64,000 nucleotides of DNA, taken from positions 124,930,001 through 124,994,000 of the forward strand of contig OZ024744.1 in assembly GCA_964016885.1 (NCBI GenBank), written 5' to 3'. This stretch comes from Eledone cirrhosa (Eukaryota). Below, in pieces: positions 1 to 11,823 of the stretch (its first letter is position 1; each line of letters starts with the position of its first letter). The translations under genes and the position numbers were made by a program. Below the pieces are notes generated by a model. That model had not been told where the DNA came from. It searched no databases and worked only from the letters and a program-made list of their open reading frames with translations.

Positions 1-244
1 ATATATACACACACACGTGTGTGTATATATATATATATATAATAATTGTTTCTACGTTACGCAGTGTATTACTGGTACTGTATTTTACGATATTAAATAT
101 TAAATATTAACTATTAGATATTAAATATTAAATATTAGATATTAGATATTAAATATTAAATATTAAATATGATATCCCTGAAATATATATAATGAAATAA
201 ATATGGTTTTATAAATGTAATTTCCATTTGTTTAATATCAAATA

Positions 245-274
245 TATATATATATATATATGTATTTATGTATA

Positions 275-348
<74 letters not shown>

Positions 349-377
349 GCAGACACAGACACAGAATATCGTATATA

Positions 378-421
<44 letters not shown>

Positions 422-652
422 AGAGGCAGACACAGACACAGAATATCGTATATATCACACACACACAATTAAGACTTGACGTGTTGCAGACAGCCAGACA
501 TACAGAGAGATATTTTAAAGCGTGCGACCTTACATTTCTTACTCTTTCTCTTATCAAAAGAGAAAGAGTAATGCTAACACTTACGTCTACTTCACGCTCT
601 CTTGAACCGTTACAGAAATTGCATCACATCTAATTATAACTTTGTACGTTTG

Positions 653-727
<75 letters not shown>

Positions 728-733
728 GCACAC

Positions 734-764
<31 letters not shown>

Positions 765-767
765 CAC

Positions 768-825
<58 letters not shown>

Positions 826-892
826 GTGTGTGTGTGTATATATATACACACACACGTGTATATATATATATATATATACACACACACGTGTG

Positions 893-925
<33 letters not shown>

Positions 926-932
926 GTGTGTG

Positions 933-963
<31 letters not shown>

Positions 964-985
964 GTGTGTGTATATATATATATAT
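245..985. repeat. (TA)n/(CA)n microsatellites and compound (TA)n-CACACGTGTG-(TA)n array (650-985)
   Basis: Directly visible; counterparts at 32440-33475 and 36602-36850. Confidence 0.95.
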
Positions 986-1327
986 CTGTCTCTCTCCCTG
1001 TCTCTCACTCTGCCTCTATCCCCCCTCTCTCTCTCTGTCTCTCCCCCCCCTCTCTCTCTCTCTAGTAGTAGAGAGAGAGAGAGATATAAACGTATAACCC
1101 TAAACCTAACCCATCTCTCTCACTCTCTCTCTCCCCCTCTCTCTCTCTTCTCTCTCTCACTCTCCCTCTACCCCTCCCTCTCTCTATTTCTCTCTCTCTC
1201 TCTCCAGTAGTAGAGAGAGACAAAGAGAGAGAGAGATATAAACGTATAACCCTAACCAAACCCTAACCCAACTCTAACCCAACCCTAACCCTAACCCCAA
1301 CCCTAACTCTAACCTAACCCTAACCCA

Positions 1328-1358
<31 letters not shown>

Positions 1359-1692
1359 ACCCCCTCTCTCTCTCTCTAGTAGTAGAGAGAGAGACAAAGA
1401 GAGAGAGAGAGATATAAACGTATAACCCTAACCCATCTCTCTCTCTCTATTTCTCCCCCCCCCCCTCTCTCTCTCTCTAGTAGTAGAGAGAGAGAGACAA
1501 AGAGAGAGAGAGATATAAACGTATAACCCTAACCCAACCCTAACCTCTCTCTCTCCCCCCTCTCTCTCTCTATTCCCCCCTCTCTCTCTCTCTCTAGTAG
1601 TAGAGAGAGAGACAGAGAGAGAGAGAGAGATAGATATAAACGTATAACCCTAACCCAACCCTAACCCATCTCTCTCTCTCTCTCTCTCTCTC
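986..1692. repeat. Compound repeat (CT)n-TAGTAGTA-(GA)n-TATAAACGTATAA-(CCCTAA-like)n, about 5 units
   Basis: Units centred near 1062, 1205, 1377, 1478 and 1594; 3 units in copy 2 (36850-37320). Confidence 0.9.
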
Positions 1693-1837
1693 TTTGTTTT
1701 TAACATTGTTTTGTTTTTCTTTTCTTTTCTTATTCAGATGACAAACGGCAGAGGATACAACAGAAGAAAAGAACAAAGATAATTATTATTATTATTACTA
1801 TTATTATTTGTTTTATTATAATCAAAATATGCTGTTA

Positions 1838-2185
1838 GTTAGATCTGCATTGCGTACATTTTATATAATTTATGCCAGTTCCTTTTCTGCATATCGAACA
1901 TGGCCATTTCCCTGACGGAATAGAGTTTTGTCCTCTTTCGTGACACAAAGTACAGCCAGCGGCATCATTGCGGACAGACTTAATCCCGAATTGCACTGAC
2001 ACACTGCCTCGCAATACGGAACACCGCACGTCTTTGATCTTCTTCCCGTCGATCAGCCTCCTTGCCATGCTAAGTACACCTGACGTCTAGCTTCTCTCTT
2101 AGCGGCGGCTTTATATTCTTCTCTACTCCCACTAATTTTCCAAGCATTCCATGCTAGCCTTTAGTCTCCAATGGCCCGATCTACC
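1838..2185 (-). mobile_element. Decayed RTE-clade LINE fragment
   Basis: SGKWPCSICRKGTGIN.IKCTQC cysteine motif, also found in the RTE RT fragment at 9240-10030; paralog of 3748-4115; copy 2 at 37465-37812. Confidence 0.65.
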
Positions 2186-2379
2186 GTGCTGTCCCACCAC
2201 CATGTCACTCTCTGTCTGGTTGGAACTCTGATCCAGCCACAAGTTTAATCAGTAGCCTGCAATAAGTTGTCACATAAGAAAATCGAGTTCTCATGTATGT
2301 CATACGACTGTGAATCGTCTTCTTTTTCGTCATACACATATTGAAGGGCTTTCCTAAATTTCTATTTTAGTGAAATCTC

Positions 2380-2880
2380 TTTTAGCTTCCAGACCTTTCT
2401 TTTTTCCACATCTTCCTGTATGTCTCAATCATACCTGGAGCTGTCCAACATGACCATTGAAATCCCCTGCTAGCATAACGATGTCTCCGTCCTGTCATTG
2501 TGGCTGTTTGTAAAAATTGCTTGTAAATGAAGTCTTTCTTTTCTTTACCTAGCAGAAGCAATTAACACTAACCCAACTGTAACACTAACCCTAACACTAA
2601 CTTATGCAGGCCTAGGTAAAGACAAGAAAGATAAAACAAGGAGTGATGCTTCTTGAATTTTGTGATGCAAGTGTTTTAACCATTTGCAAAACCAACTTCC
2701 ACAAACCTGCCTCACTGCCGCCTAATAACCTACAAATCAGGCAAGCACAGAAGCCGGATTTCTCGGTAGTTAGGCAGCGAGACAGACAGATGGGGTGTGA
2801 AGTACCAGGGTGTGCCCCGGGGAGGAATGTTTCCCACAGCGTGGGTTGGTTGTTGGTGATGTCTCGGTTATCTTGAGACG
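2380..2880. mobile_element. Degraded RTE-like APE endonuclease fragments
   Basis: LLEFCDA..LTICKTNFHK resembles the LINE APE C-terminal region; a minus-strand GDFNGHVG-like motif lies near 2440-2470. Confidence 0.5.
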
Positions 2881-3057
2881 GAGTGAGACGTGCAGGAATA
2901 CTCTCACGGAATCGCCAAATGAGGTTTATTTTTCAACATAGTCCCTGGAATGAAACAATGTGGTTATTAAGAAGAATTGAAATTAATGTAAGATTTCACA
3001 GATCTATGATCAATCCTTCACAGTCAGCTTACAAAGTTTTCAGCCAAACCTTGTGTA
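2870..3057. mobile_element. Mariner/Tc1-like MITE remnant
   Basis: Inverted homolog of 28301-28499 (ccaaatgaggtttattttcaacatagtccctggaa...); ends ttttcagccaaaccttgtgta. Confidence 0.5.
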
Positions 3058-3244
3058 TTTCCAACATTTCAAACCCTATCTAGGACTACATTATCTAATG
3101 TACAGTACAGTAGTTAGTATTAGTGGCTATCAGACATAGTGTATCTAAATGCAACATTTTTAACATTGTTTTTTTTTTCTTTTCTTTTCTTTTCTTATTC
3201 AGATGACAGACGGCAGAGGATACAATAGAAGAAAAGAACAATGA

Positions 3245-3666
3245 TAATTATTATTATTATTATTGTTGTTATTCCTTGAATCTCAGTCATTGATGTTGGT
3301 TAACTGGAAAGTCCGTTGGAATGAATATCAAGCCACTACCTGCAGCCTCAGATATTCAGGACGTATCGGAGGGTTCTTGCTGTTCCAAGCAAGCATGCCT
3401 TTTGAAGCGTTCCAAAAAGCGTGAAGGGGCCGATTTTCTTTAACCATCCCTGGAAACTTTTGGAGATGGACAAAAAACTGGAACACAATAGACCTGACCT
3501 GGTGGTTGTGGACAAAGAAAAAAGATCGTGTCTGATTGTGGATGTGGCCTGCCCGTTCAACACGAGAGTGCAAGAGAAGGAGAGGGAGAAAATTAACCGA
3601 TACCAGGACCTAAAGTGGGAGGTGAAAAGGATTTGGAACTGCCATGAAGTCAAAGTGATCCCGATT
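3245..3666 (-). mobile_element. 5'-truncated, 5'-inverted R4/Dong-like RLE non-LTR retrotransposon in (ATT)n
   Basis: The + strand encodes HNRPDLVVVDK..CLIVDVACP...EKINRYQDL (PD-D/ExK endonuclease). The - strand encodes the C-terminus LQKACLLGTARTLRYVL* followed by an (AAT)n tail. An empty paralogous site is at ~1780-1810; copy 2 at 38872-39293. Confidence 0.8.
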
Positions 3667-3667
3667 G

Positions 3668-3708
<41 letters not shown>

Positions 3709-3747
3709 TATTATTTGTTTTATTATAATCAAAATATGCTGTTAGTT

Positions 3748-4260
3748 AGATCTGCATTGTGTACATTTTATATAATTTATGCCAGTTCCTTTTCTACATA
3801 TCGAACATGGCCATTTCCCTGACGGAATAGAGTTTTGTCCTCTTTTCTACTCATCAACACTCATTCGTGACACAAAGTACAGCCAGCGGCATCATTGCGG
3901 ACAGACTTAATCCTGATTTGCACTGACACACTGCCTCGCAATACGGAACACCGCACGTCTTTGATCTTCTTCCCGTCGATCAGCCTCCTTGCCATGCAAA
4001 GTACACCTGACGTCTAGCTTCTCTCTTAGCGGCGGCGGCTGTATATTCTTCTCTACTCCCACTAATTTTCCAAGCATTCCATGCTAGTCTTTAGTCTCCA
4101 ATGGCCCGATCTACAGTTTCTGTCTCAACTCGTCTATGCTTGGTCGTTCCCGCACATTGACATTGCACATCCAACGGAGCATGCTTGCTTCATTTCTCTC
4201 CAGCCGTCGCATGTCCTCTGCAGTTGCTGCCCGTGTCTCACTACCATGCAGCATCGCGCA
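3748..4260 (-). mobile_element. RTE-clade LINE fragment
   Basis: AMLHGSET...RLERNEASMLRWMCNV...ELRQKL is typical of the post-RT region of RTE; copy 2 at 39378-39890. Confidence 0.8.
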
Positions 4261-4299
4261 TCTAAACCTGGCCCTTACCCTAACCCCAACCTCTTTGGT

Positions 4300-5143
4300 T
4301 TTCGTTTTCTCGACGGCTAGCCGCATTTCGTGATCCGCCTTTCGATTGCGCTTCCGTCGCGGCAAAAGAATTGCCTTTCCAGACCGCCGTCGCCCGACCG
4401 GACCCATGATAGAAGACGTTCGTTACCGTTGGAGCAACGCAAATTACTCCTCGGTTGACGCCAAAAACGAACGCCTTCCCGCCTCGCGCCGCCTTCTCCT
4501 CGCCGACCCTCGGCCTCGACGATTAGCCACTTTCCGTCACAGCAGTAGATACGCGTCCGTCGTAATAGCCGTCATTTTAACGCAGGAGAAACGCCTAATT
4601 GCCCTGCACCGCGTTTGACGGCGATCTACGACGGCGACGATGCGCGCACTCTTCCTTGCTGCGACGAAGGTTTCGGCTTTTCGTCGTGGACCCGGTCAGG
4701 TCATGCCGCTGACCTCGCGTTACGGCGACGCGAGAAGACGTTCGTTACCGCTGGAGCAACGCAAATTACTCCTCGGTTGACGCCAAAAACGAACGCCTCG
4801 CGCCGCCGCTTCCTCCTCGGCCTCGACGATTAGCCGCTTTCCGTCACAGCAGTAGATACGCGTCCATCGTAATAGCCGTCATTTTAACGCAGGAGAAACG
4901 CCTTGACGACGATATACGACGGGTCGACGACGCGCGCACTCTTTCTGCTGCGACGAAGGTTTTGGCTTTTCGTTGTGGACCCGGTCGGGTCATGCCTCTG
5001 ACCTCGCGTTGCGTCGCCACCGCCGCGGCGGGCTTGGGTTTAGCCGTAGCTACCCTCGTTTTGCCAACGGCGACGCGAGAAGACGTTCGTTACCGCTGGA
5101 GCAACGCAAATTACTCCTCGGATGAGGCCAAAAACGAACGCTG
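4300..5143 (+). other. Orphan copy of the rDNA spacer/5'ETS-like GC-rich sequence with internal repeats
   Basis: Homologous to 11233-12130; the hairpin motif recurs at ~4412, 4734 and 5078; no 18S follows; copy 2 at 39930-40773. Confidence 0.7.
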
Positions 5144-5220
5144 AAGAGATATTGTCCATGGATATCGGGAATTTTACCCGCCCTAGATAGATAGATAGAT
5201 AGGGATGTATGTATGTATGT

Positions 5221-5260
<40 letters not shown>

Positions 5261-5639
5261 GTATGTATCTTTCTCATTCTCTCTGTATGTATGTATGTAT
5301 GTATATATATATAATTATATATTTATAGACATCCTGAAAGCTTTTTAAATGTCTGAGAGATTGGCTAAATATGTTTTGCAGGTATGACCAGTAAGAGAGA
5401 GGTAAGTTATTTCAAAACAATTCTTTGACCATTATTTTAAGGTACTATCTCAGTGTATTTTTAAATTGACCTCTTGATAGGATGAAATGACCTGTATAAT
5501 TTTTTTCATATTTAGATGGAATAGAAGAAAAACAAGAAAAATGAAATGAATTCAAACAGAAAATATACACCAATGCCAATGGAGGTATGATTTCAGTTTA
5601 ATCTTAACCTAATGACCACTTTACAGAGTGTACTGGATA

Positions 5640-5718
<79 letters not shown>

Positions 5719-5929
5719 AGGAAGCTCCAACCGTTAAGGTTGTCTTTCCATTTATTAATATATTGTGTATTTACTCCACTAAACTGTTGAGTGCTTTATA
5801 TCAGTTATAAAAAAATTTCAGCTTGTTGAATCCCAAAATAGTTGTTGAAACAGCCACAGCTCAGCCGTCGGGGTCCTGAATATTTATCATATATATATAC
5901 GTATGAGTGTGTGTGTTTTGAGAATTAAT

Positions 5930-6660
5930 AATTATATAAACAAGTTTGTAATGAACAATTTATTTCTTATCAAAACTGTATAAACATGATATTATTTACA
6001 GTAAGAATAACAATAATAATGATGGTTTCTAGTAAAGGTGGAAGGCCAGTAATTTGGGGGAGGGGAAAGTTGATTAAATCGAAGAGAGAAAGAAAGAAAA
6101 AACAGAACGGGAAGGAGAGGGGATGGCAAGAGGTCCGGTGTCGCAGGAGAGAGGGGAGGGTGGTTGAGCTTTGAGTCTAGGGCAAGAGGGCAGAAATGCT
6201 GCGCCCCACGGATAAGACGGCAAAAATATTCTCGCGGACGATGGCCAGAGATACCCAATGCAACAACCACCCAACCTCGCGGTGTTCCCTCCTCAGATGG
6301 GCTGCTGACTCTCCGATCTTTTGGAGGAGCTCGGCAGTACAAGGTCCAAGTACTCCTGGGGTCTCGACGTTGACTGGTGCAGAGAGGAAGTGGCCGGACA
6401 ATCCTCGGTATTTGTTTATTTTACGTTCTTCTGCGAGGTGGGCTGCGATGCCGGGGTTTGTGACCGAAACGACTTGGAAACGAAGTTGTAGGCGGAGATT
6501 GTGTCGTAGCTGGTGGTGTCCCAGATGAGGGACCTACGTCCTTCGAATGGGAAGAGAGTGATTCCGTCGGGGCGCTTGCCATCTCCGGGACCTGTTGGCC
6601 CCAGTTGTGATGGGAAGCCAGCTGCGTCCAGGCTTCTTCTCAATATGTCGTTGACAACGA
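5930..6660 (-). mobile_element. CRE-clade RLE non-LTR retrotransposon 3' fragment (frameshifted)
   Basis: DGKRPDGITLFPFEGRRSLIWDTT..DT and VET.GVLGP...SLAIVREN motifs; copy 2 at 41556-42286. Confidence 0.75.
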
Positions 6661-6964
6661 CGTGTATCTATTCAATAATTATTTGAATATTGAAATTTTA
6701 GGTTTAACTACCTTTTAAACCAAATACATTAAGAAAGGCATGACCAACACCACATCATTTTTATTTCTATTTTGAAAGTAGGTTTATAAGTATTAAATTT
6801 CAGTAGATTCTTATATCCTTCATGGTGGTCTGGTGGGAGATACGAGAGATGGTGGAGGTTCTGGTCTGGGGTTCAATCCTGCTCAGGAGATACTCTAAGG
6901 GGGTTCATACTAAACTTCTTCAGTGTTTCTTATCTCTAGAGACAAATATATATACATAAGGTAA

Positions 6965-7095
6965 TCTGGTAAAGTTGTTAGAACATCACATAGAATTCTT
7001 TGTAGTATTTTTTCCAGTTCTTCAATCTGAGTTCAACTTTACTTTTCTTCCATTCGGGGTTGATAATAACGTACCAGTCAAATACTAGGGGTTAA
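6965..7095 (+). mobile_element. Degenerate SINE with a MetaSINE-like core
   Basis: tctgagttcaactttacttttcttccattcggggttgataa...gtaccag resembles 31080-31230. Confidence 0.55.
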
Positions 7096-7210
7096 TTCTT
7101 CCTCTATATCTCTTTCTCACTCTCTGTCTGTTTTATTAAGACCTGGAGAGGTGATGTACTCTACCAGGTTTTATAATGAGTGATGGGGTCATACCTGCCT
7201 GCTACACCTC

Positions 7211-7530
7211 TGTGTACTAAGTGTAGCATATTATATCCTTGTTCAGGGCCTTCCTGACATTACTGTGTACTAAGGGTAGCATTTTATATCCTTGTTCAGG
7301 GCCATCTTAACATTGCTGTGTACTAAGTGTAGCATATTATATCCTTGTTCGGGGCCTTCCTGACATTAGTGTGTACTGAGTGTAGATTTTAACATCCTTG
7401 TTCTGGGCCTTCCTAACATTACTGTGTACTGAGTGTAGATTTTAACATCTTTGTTCAGAGCCTTCCTTACATTACTGTGTACTAAGTGTAGCATTTCATA
7501 TACTTGTTCTGGGCCTTCCTAACGTTACTG
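7211..7530. repeat. 53-bp minisatellite, about 6 units
   Basis: tgtgtactaagtgtagcat...ccttcctaacattac recurs at 7211, 7264, 7317 and onward; copy 2 at 42837-43156. Confidence 0.9.
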
Positions 7531-7559
7531 TGGAAATAGTAGTTTATATCCAATATGTA

Positions 7560-8300
7560 ATATAGATATGGATTCTACAGGACTAAAACTCATTAATATG
7601 AGGGGTATTAGTAGATTATATGCCATATTTAATAGAGAAATGGCTTCTACAAGACTAAAACTCATTAATATGAGGGGTATTACAGTTTATATGCCATATT
7701 TAATACAGAAATGGCTTCTAAAGGACTAGAACTCTTTAAATTGAATAAAATAGTAGTATATATCCTATGTTTAATACAGAAATGCCTTCTAAAGGACTCA
7801 TTAATATGAGGGTATTAGTAGATTATATAACATATTTAATACAGAAATGGCTTTTAAATTCAGGGACTCGTTAATTTGATGGAAATAGTAGTGTCTATGC
7901 AATATTTAATACAGAAATAGCTTCTACAGGACTAAAACTAATTAATATGAGGGGTATTAGTAGTATATGTGCCATATTTAATACAGAGATGGCTTCTAAA
8001 TGGAGGTATCTCATTAATTCGATTGAAATGGTAGTGTATATGCAATATTTAATACAGAAATAGCTTCTACAAGAATAAAACTCATTAATATGAAGGTTAT
8101 TATTACATTATATGCCATATTTAATACAGAAATCGGTTCTAAAGGACTAGAACTCTTTAATTCAAATCAAATAGTAGTATAAAGCAATATTTACTACAGA
8201 AATGGCTTCTACAAGACTAAAAATCCTTAATATGAGGGGTATTGTTAGATTATATACCATATTTAATACAGAAATGGCTTCTAAATGAAGAAATCTCTTT
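7560..8300. repeat. ~71-bp AT-rich minisatellite, about 10 units
   Basis: aatacagaaatggcttcta recurs about every 71 bp; copy 2 at 43186-43926. Confidence 0.85.
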
Positions 8301-8964
8301 AATTCGATAGTAATAGTAATAATAATAATAGTAATAGTAATAATACAGCCAATTTTCCACGCAATACTTTTAGTTAGCACCCCGAACGCATAATTGGGAA
8401 TATAATCACTTATTTCCTAATGTTTGTTGAGTGAGTTGGGAAAAAAAACTTGGGAAATATATTTTCAGGGTCTCAAAATCTTAAAGAGAAAAAAAAGTCC
8501 TGTGGAAGGTAGCAAAACAATTAGGAAGAAAATGGTTTGAAGTTGGTTGGTGAGTATAAGATTACAGTATCTTGTTGATTTCTATAAAGTTTACTTTTAA
8601 CTGAATTGGTAAAAATGGATAAATTAGAAGACACAATATAATAACTAATATTGTCTTCTAAAACAGGGAATAAAAATATGTTGGTGTATTGGGGGGGGGG
8701 GGGGGTAAACATGTGAGTTAATGGGAATGTTTTTGTTTGTTTTTATTGAAACATATTCAATCTACAGATAGGTTGTTATAGTTATTTAGTCTCGGGTCTG
8801 CCATTATCTGCAGATTTATAATTGAGGGGTGTTCCAGGTGTGACCACCCTACATTATTCCTAGAGATTGTTACTCCTTCATTCTTCAGTCATCTTGGTCT
8901 TCTTATGAGATGGTGGTGTAGTCTTATTTATTGTTAAGGTTATGGTCTTCCTTTGTCCACACTC

Positions 8965-9002
<38 letters not shown>

Positions 9003-9239
9003 AAAGGCTTCCTTCTCTGGAAAAAGATGATTTAATATTCACAACCATCTGTCTAATTGTTTTCTGATGAGAATAAAGTTAATCTTGCTTGTATGTCTAC
9101 CTGATCAAATGACTGGCTGATATCTTGAAGTCATTTACACCACAGAACTGTAGGAGTCTTGATCCCTCAAGCCATACCTCTAGCCATCATGTACTCCAAA
9201 AGAGTCTCACCTTGGTGCTACTCAACATGTCCATTAAAT

Positions 9240-10030
9240 TTAGCAGCAAGGATGCCCTCTTCTTAGTGAGAGACAACTACAAGAGAGGTTCTTAGAGAAG
9301 AATAAGCCACTATAGTTAACTTTTGTTGACATAGAGAACCCCGATCTGTCATCTGGTGGTCCTTAAGGAAACTAGGTGTAGGGGAATGGCTTGTGAGGAC
9401 AGTGCAAGCTATGTACAAGGGTGCTGTCAGTAAAGTGAGAGGAGGAATTCCAGAAACAAAGTAGGTGTACATCAGGGTTCGGTCCTCAGTCCGCTCTTGT
9501 TCATTATAGTCCTCCCTCCCTCCCTCCCTCCCTCCCTCCAAGCCATAACAGAGGAGGAGTAGTTTAAGACTGGATGCCCATGGGAACTTCTCTATGCTGA
9601 CGATCTGGTTCTTATAGCAGAATCAGTAGAGGAGCTAGCTAGAGAATAAATTCTGGCTATGGAAACAGCAGTAGTTGGAATCAAGAAGACTGAGAGTGAA
9701 CCTAGCTAAGACAAAAGTGTTTATAAGTAGAAGAGAGGACAAAACTCTGATTCTGTCAGGGAAATGGCCATGTTCGATATGTAGGAAAGGAGTTGGCATA
9801 AATTCTATGAAATGTAGTACGCAATGCAGATCTTGGCTACACAAGAGATGTAGTGGGATAGCAGGAAAACTGACTGACAGGTAGGGAGAAATACGTATGC
9901 AGTAGATGTACAGGGAAATTTGACAGAGATTGCAGTGATAGACACATTTTTCAAATGCAGGTGGGATCTATAGAGGGAGTTGATAGCTTCTGATACCTAG
10001 GTGATCAGATTAGTAAGGGAGGAGGGTGAT
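9240..10030 (+). mobile_element. RTE-clade LINE reverse transcriptase pseudogene fragment
   Basis: VGVHQGSVLSPLLFIIV, PWELLYADDLVLIAES, LRVNLAKTKV and SGKWPCSICRKGVG, with stops and frameshifts; copy 2 at 46212-47002. Confidence 0.88.
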
Positions 10031-10364
10031 ATAAAATATATTGTTATCATGACTGTCTTTATTATTTAAATTACCTCTGTCTATTTACAGATTTTACAGA
10101 GTGTACTGGGTGCTTTTATGATGGGAGCAGCAACTCTATACGATTTTACAGAGTGTACTTGGTGCTTTTATCATGGCACATGGCAGCAGCAGCAGCAGCA
10201 ACTACGATTTTACAGAGTGTACTTGGTGCTTTTTACTCTGACATCAGCACTGAGGAAGTTGTCATATTTTCAGCTAAATTAATGAGTAGAAAAACCAAGT
10301 TTCTGCTACAAAAAATTCTCAGATTCAAGGGAGACATTCAGTTTAAGTATGGTATACTGTCACT

Positions 10365-10525
10365 AAGGCAGCAAATTGGCAGAGTCGCTAGAATATCAGA
10401 TAGCATTCTTTACATTATTTGTTTCAGCTCTCTGTTCTCTCAATTCAAATCCTGCTCAGGTCAACTTTGCCTTTCATCCATACAAAATAGATTAATAAAA
10501 GTACCAGTGTATTACTGGGGTCAAT
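10365..10525 (+). mobile_element. tRNA-derived-like SINE with a MetaSINE-like core
   Basis: B-box-like ttcaaatcc followed by caactttgcctttcatcc...gtaccag..tactggggtc. Confidence 0.65.
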
Positions 10526-10854
10526 TCTTCTTCTAACTCTTCTGCACTTCCATTCTCTCACTCTCTCTCTCTCTCTCTCTCTCTCTATGCTTCTTTAGAA
10601 CACATCTGCTGTATTCAGACCTGGAGCGGAGATGGGCTCCACCAAGTTTTAAAAATTGCCCTTTAAGCGCTGTATGTCAATATGGTGCCCCTATGATTCC
10701 CTCCCTCAGGAGTTATGGGACCATAGATACTGTCAATTGTAAAGAATAACAGAGATATTCAGTGCTAGTGTGGTGTTCTGTCAGTTGTGGAGATTGATGA
10801 ATCTAAACAGAAATATCAACAGCACTTTTCATTTCTGAGTAACACATTTGTTAC

Positions 10855-11005
10855 CAAGTGCTGCATGGCTGGAATGAAAATCAGTGCTGTGAAAACCAAG
10901 ACATTCATCCTCTCAAGGAAGCTTGTGCAGTGCACTCTACATGTAAATGGAGTCCCACTGAAGCAGGTAGAAAAGTTCATGTATCTCGAAGCTGTGTTCA
11001 CGAGT
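10855..11005 (+). mobile_element. LINE RT C-terminal fragment
   Basis: GMKIS..KTK...LKQVEKFMYL..VFTSD matches the RT 'F.YLG' region. Confidence 0.65.
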
Positions 11006-11147
11006 GATGACAGAGACGGCAAAGGCACAACACACAACAGAAGAAAAGAACAATGACAATTATTATTATTATTATTATTATTATTTGTTTTATTAGTTTT
11101 ATTATAATAAAAATTGTGCTGTTAGTTTGCTTGCTATACCATCATGT

Positions 11148-11234
11148 ACCCTAACCCTAAACCTAACCCCAACTCCAACTCTGACCCTAAACCTAACCCC
11201 AACCCCAACCCTAACCCTAACCCTAACCCTAACC
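11148..11234 (-). repeat. Interstitial telomere-like (TTAGGG)n, read as CCCTAA on the + strand, partly degenerate
   Basis: ccctaaccctaaccctaaccctaaccc abuts the 172-bp repeats; copy 2 at 48127-48219. Confidence 0.85.
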
Positions 11235-11823
11235 CACGATAGAAGACGTTCGTTACCGCTGGAGCAACGCAAATTACTCCTCGGTTGACGCCAAAAACGA
11301 ACGCCTTCTCGACGGCTAGCCGCATTTCGTGATCCGCCTTTCGATTGCGCTTCCGTCGCGGAAAAAGAATTGCCTTTATAGGCCGCCGCCGCCGCCCGAC
11401 CGGACCCACGATAGAAGACGTTCGTTACCGCTGGAGCAACGCAAATTACTCCTCGGTTGACGCCAAAAACGAACGCCTTCTCGACGGCTAGCCGCATTTC
11501 GTGATCCGCCTTTCGATTGCGCTTCCGTCGCGGAAAAAGAATTGCCTTTATAGGCCGCCGCCGCCGCCCGACCGGACCCACGATAGAAGACGTTCGTTAC
11601 CGCTGGAGCAACGCAAATTACTCCTCGGTTGACGCCAAAAACGAACGCCTTCTCGACGGCTAGCCGCATTTCGTGATCCGCCTTTCGATTGCGCTTCCGT
11701 CGCGGAAAAAGAATTGCCTTTATAGGCCGCCGCCGCCGCCCGACCGGACCCACGATAGAAGACGTTCGTTACCGCTGGAGCAACGCAAATTACTCCTCGG
11801 TTGACGCCAAAAACGAACGCCTT
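11233..11823 (+). promoter_or_regulatory. 172-bp tandem repeats (3 plus a partial), putative rDNA spacer-promoter repeats
   Basis: Exact 172-bp period. Each unit contains TTTATAGG (11377, 11549, 11721), resembling Pol I initiator motifs, and the last lies ~450 bp upstream of the 18S 5' end. The repeats are certain; the function is inferred. Confidence 0.5.

Noticed and set aside
156-1260. ORFs rich in HT/YI/CV/LS dipeptides (also 31108-33570 and 36479-36971)
   Set aside because: These are translations of dinucleotide microsatellites.
11148-11234. True telomere or telomerase RNA template
   Set aside because: The tract is short, degenerate and interstitial, and no telomerase RNA architecture is evident.
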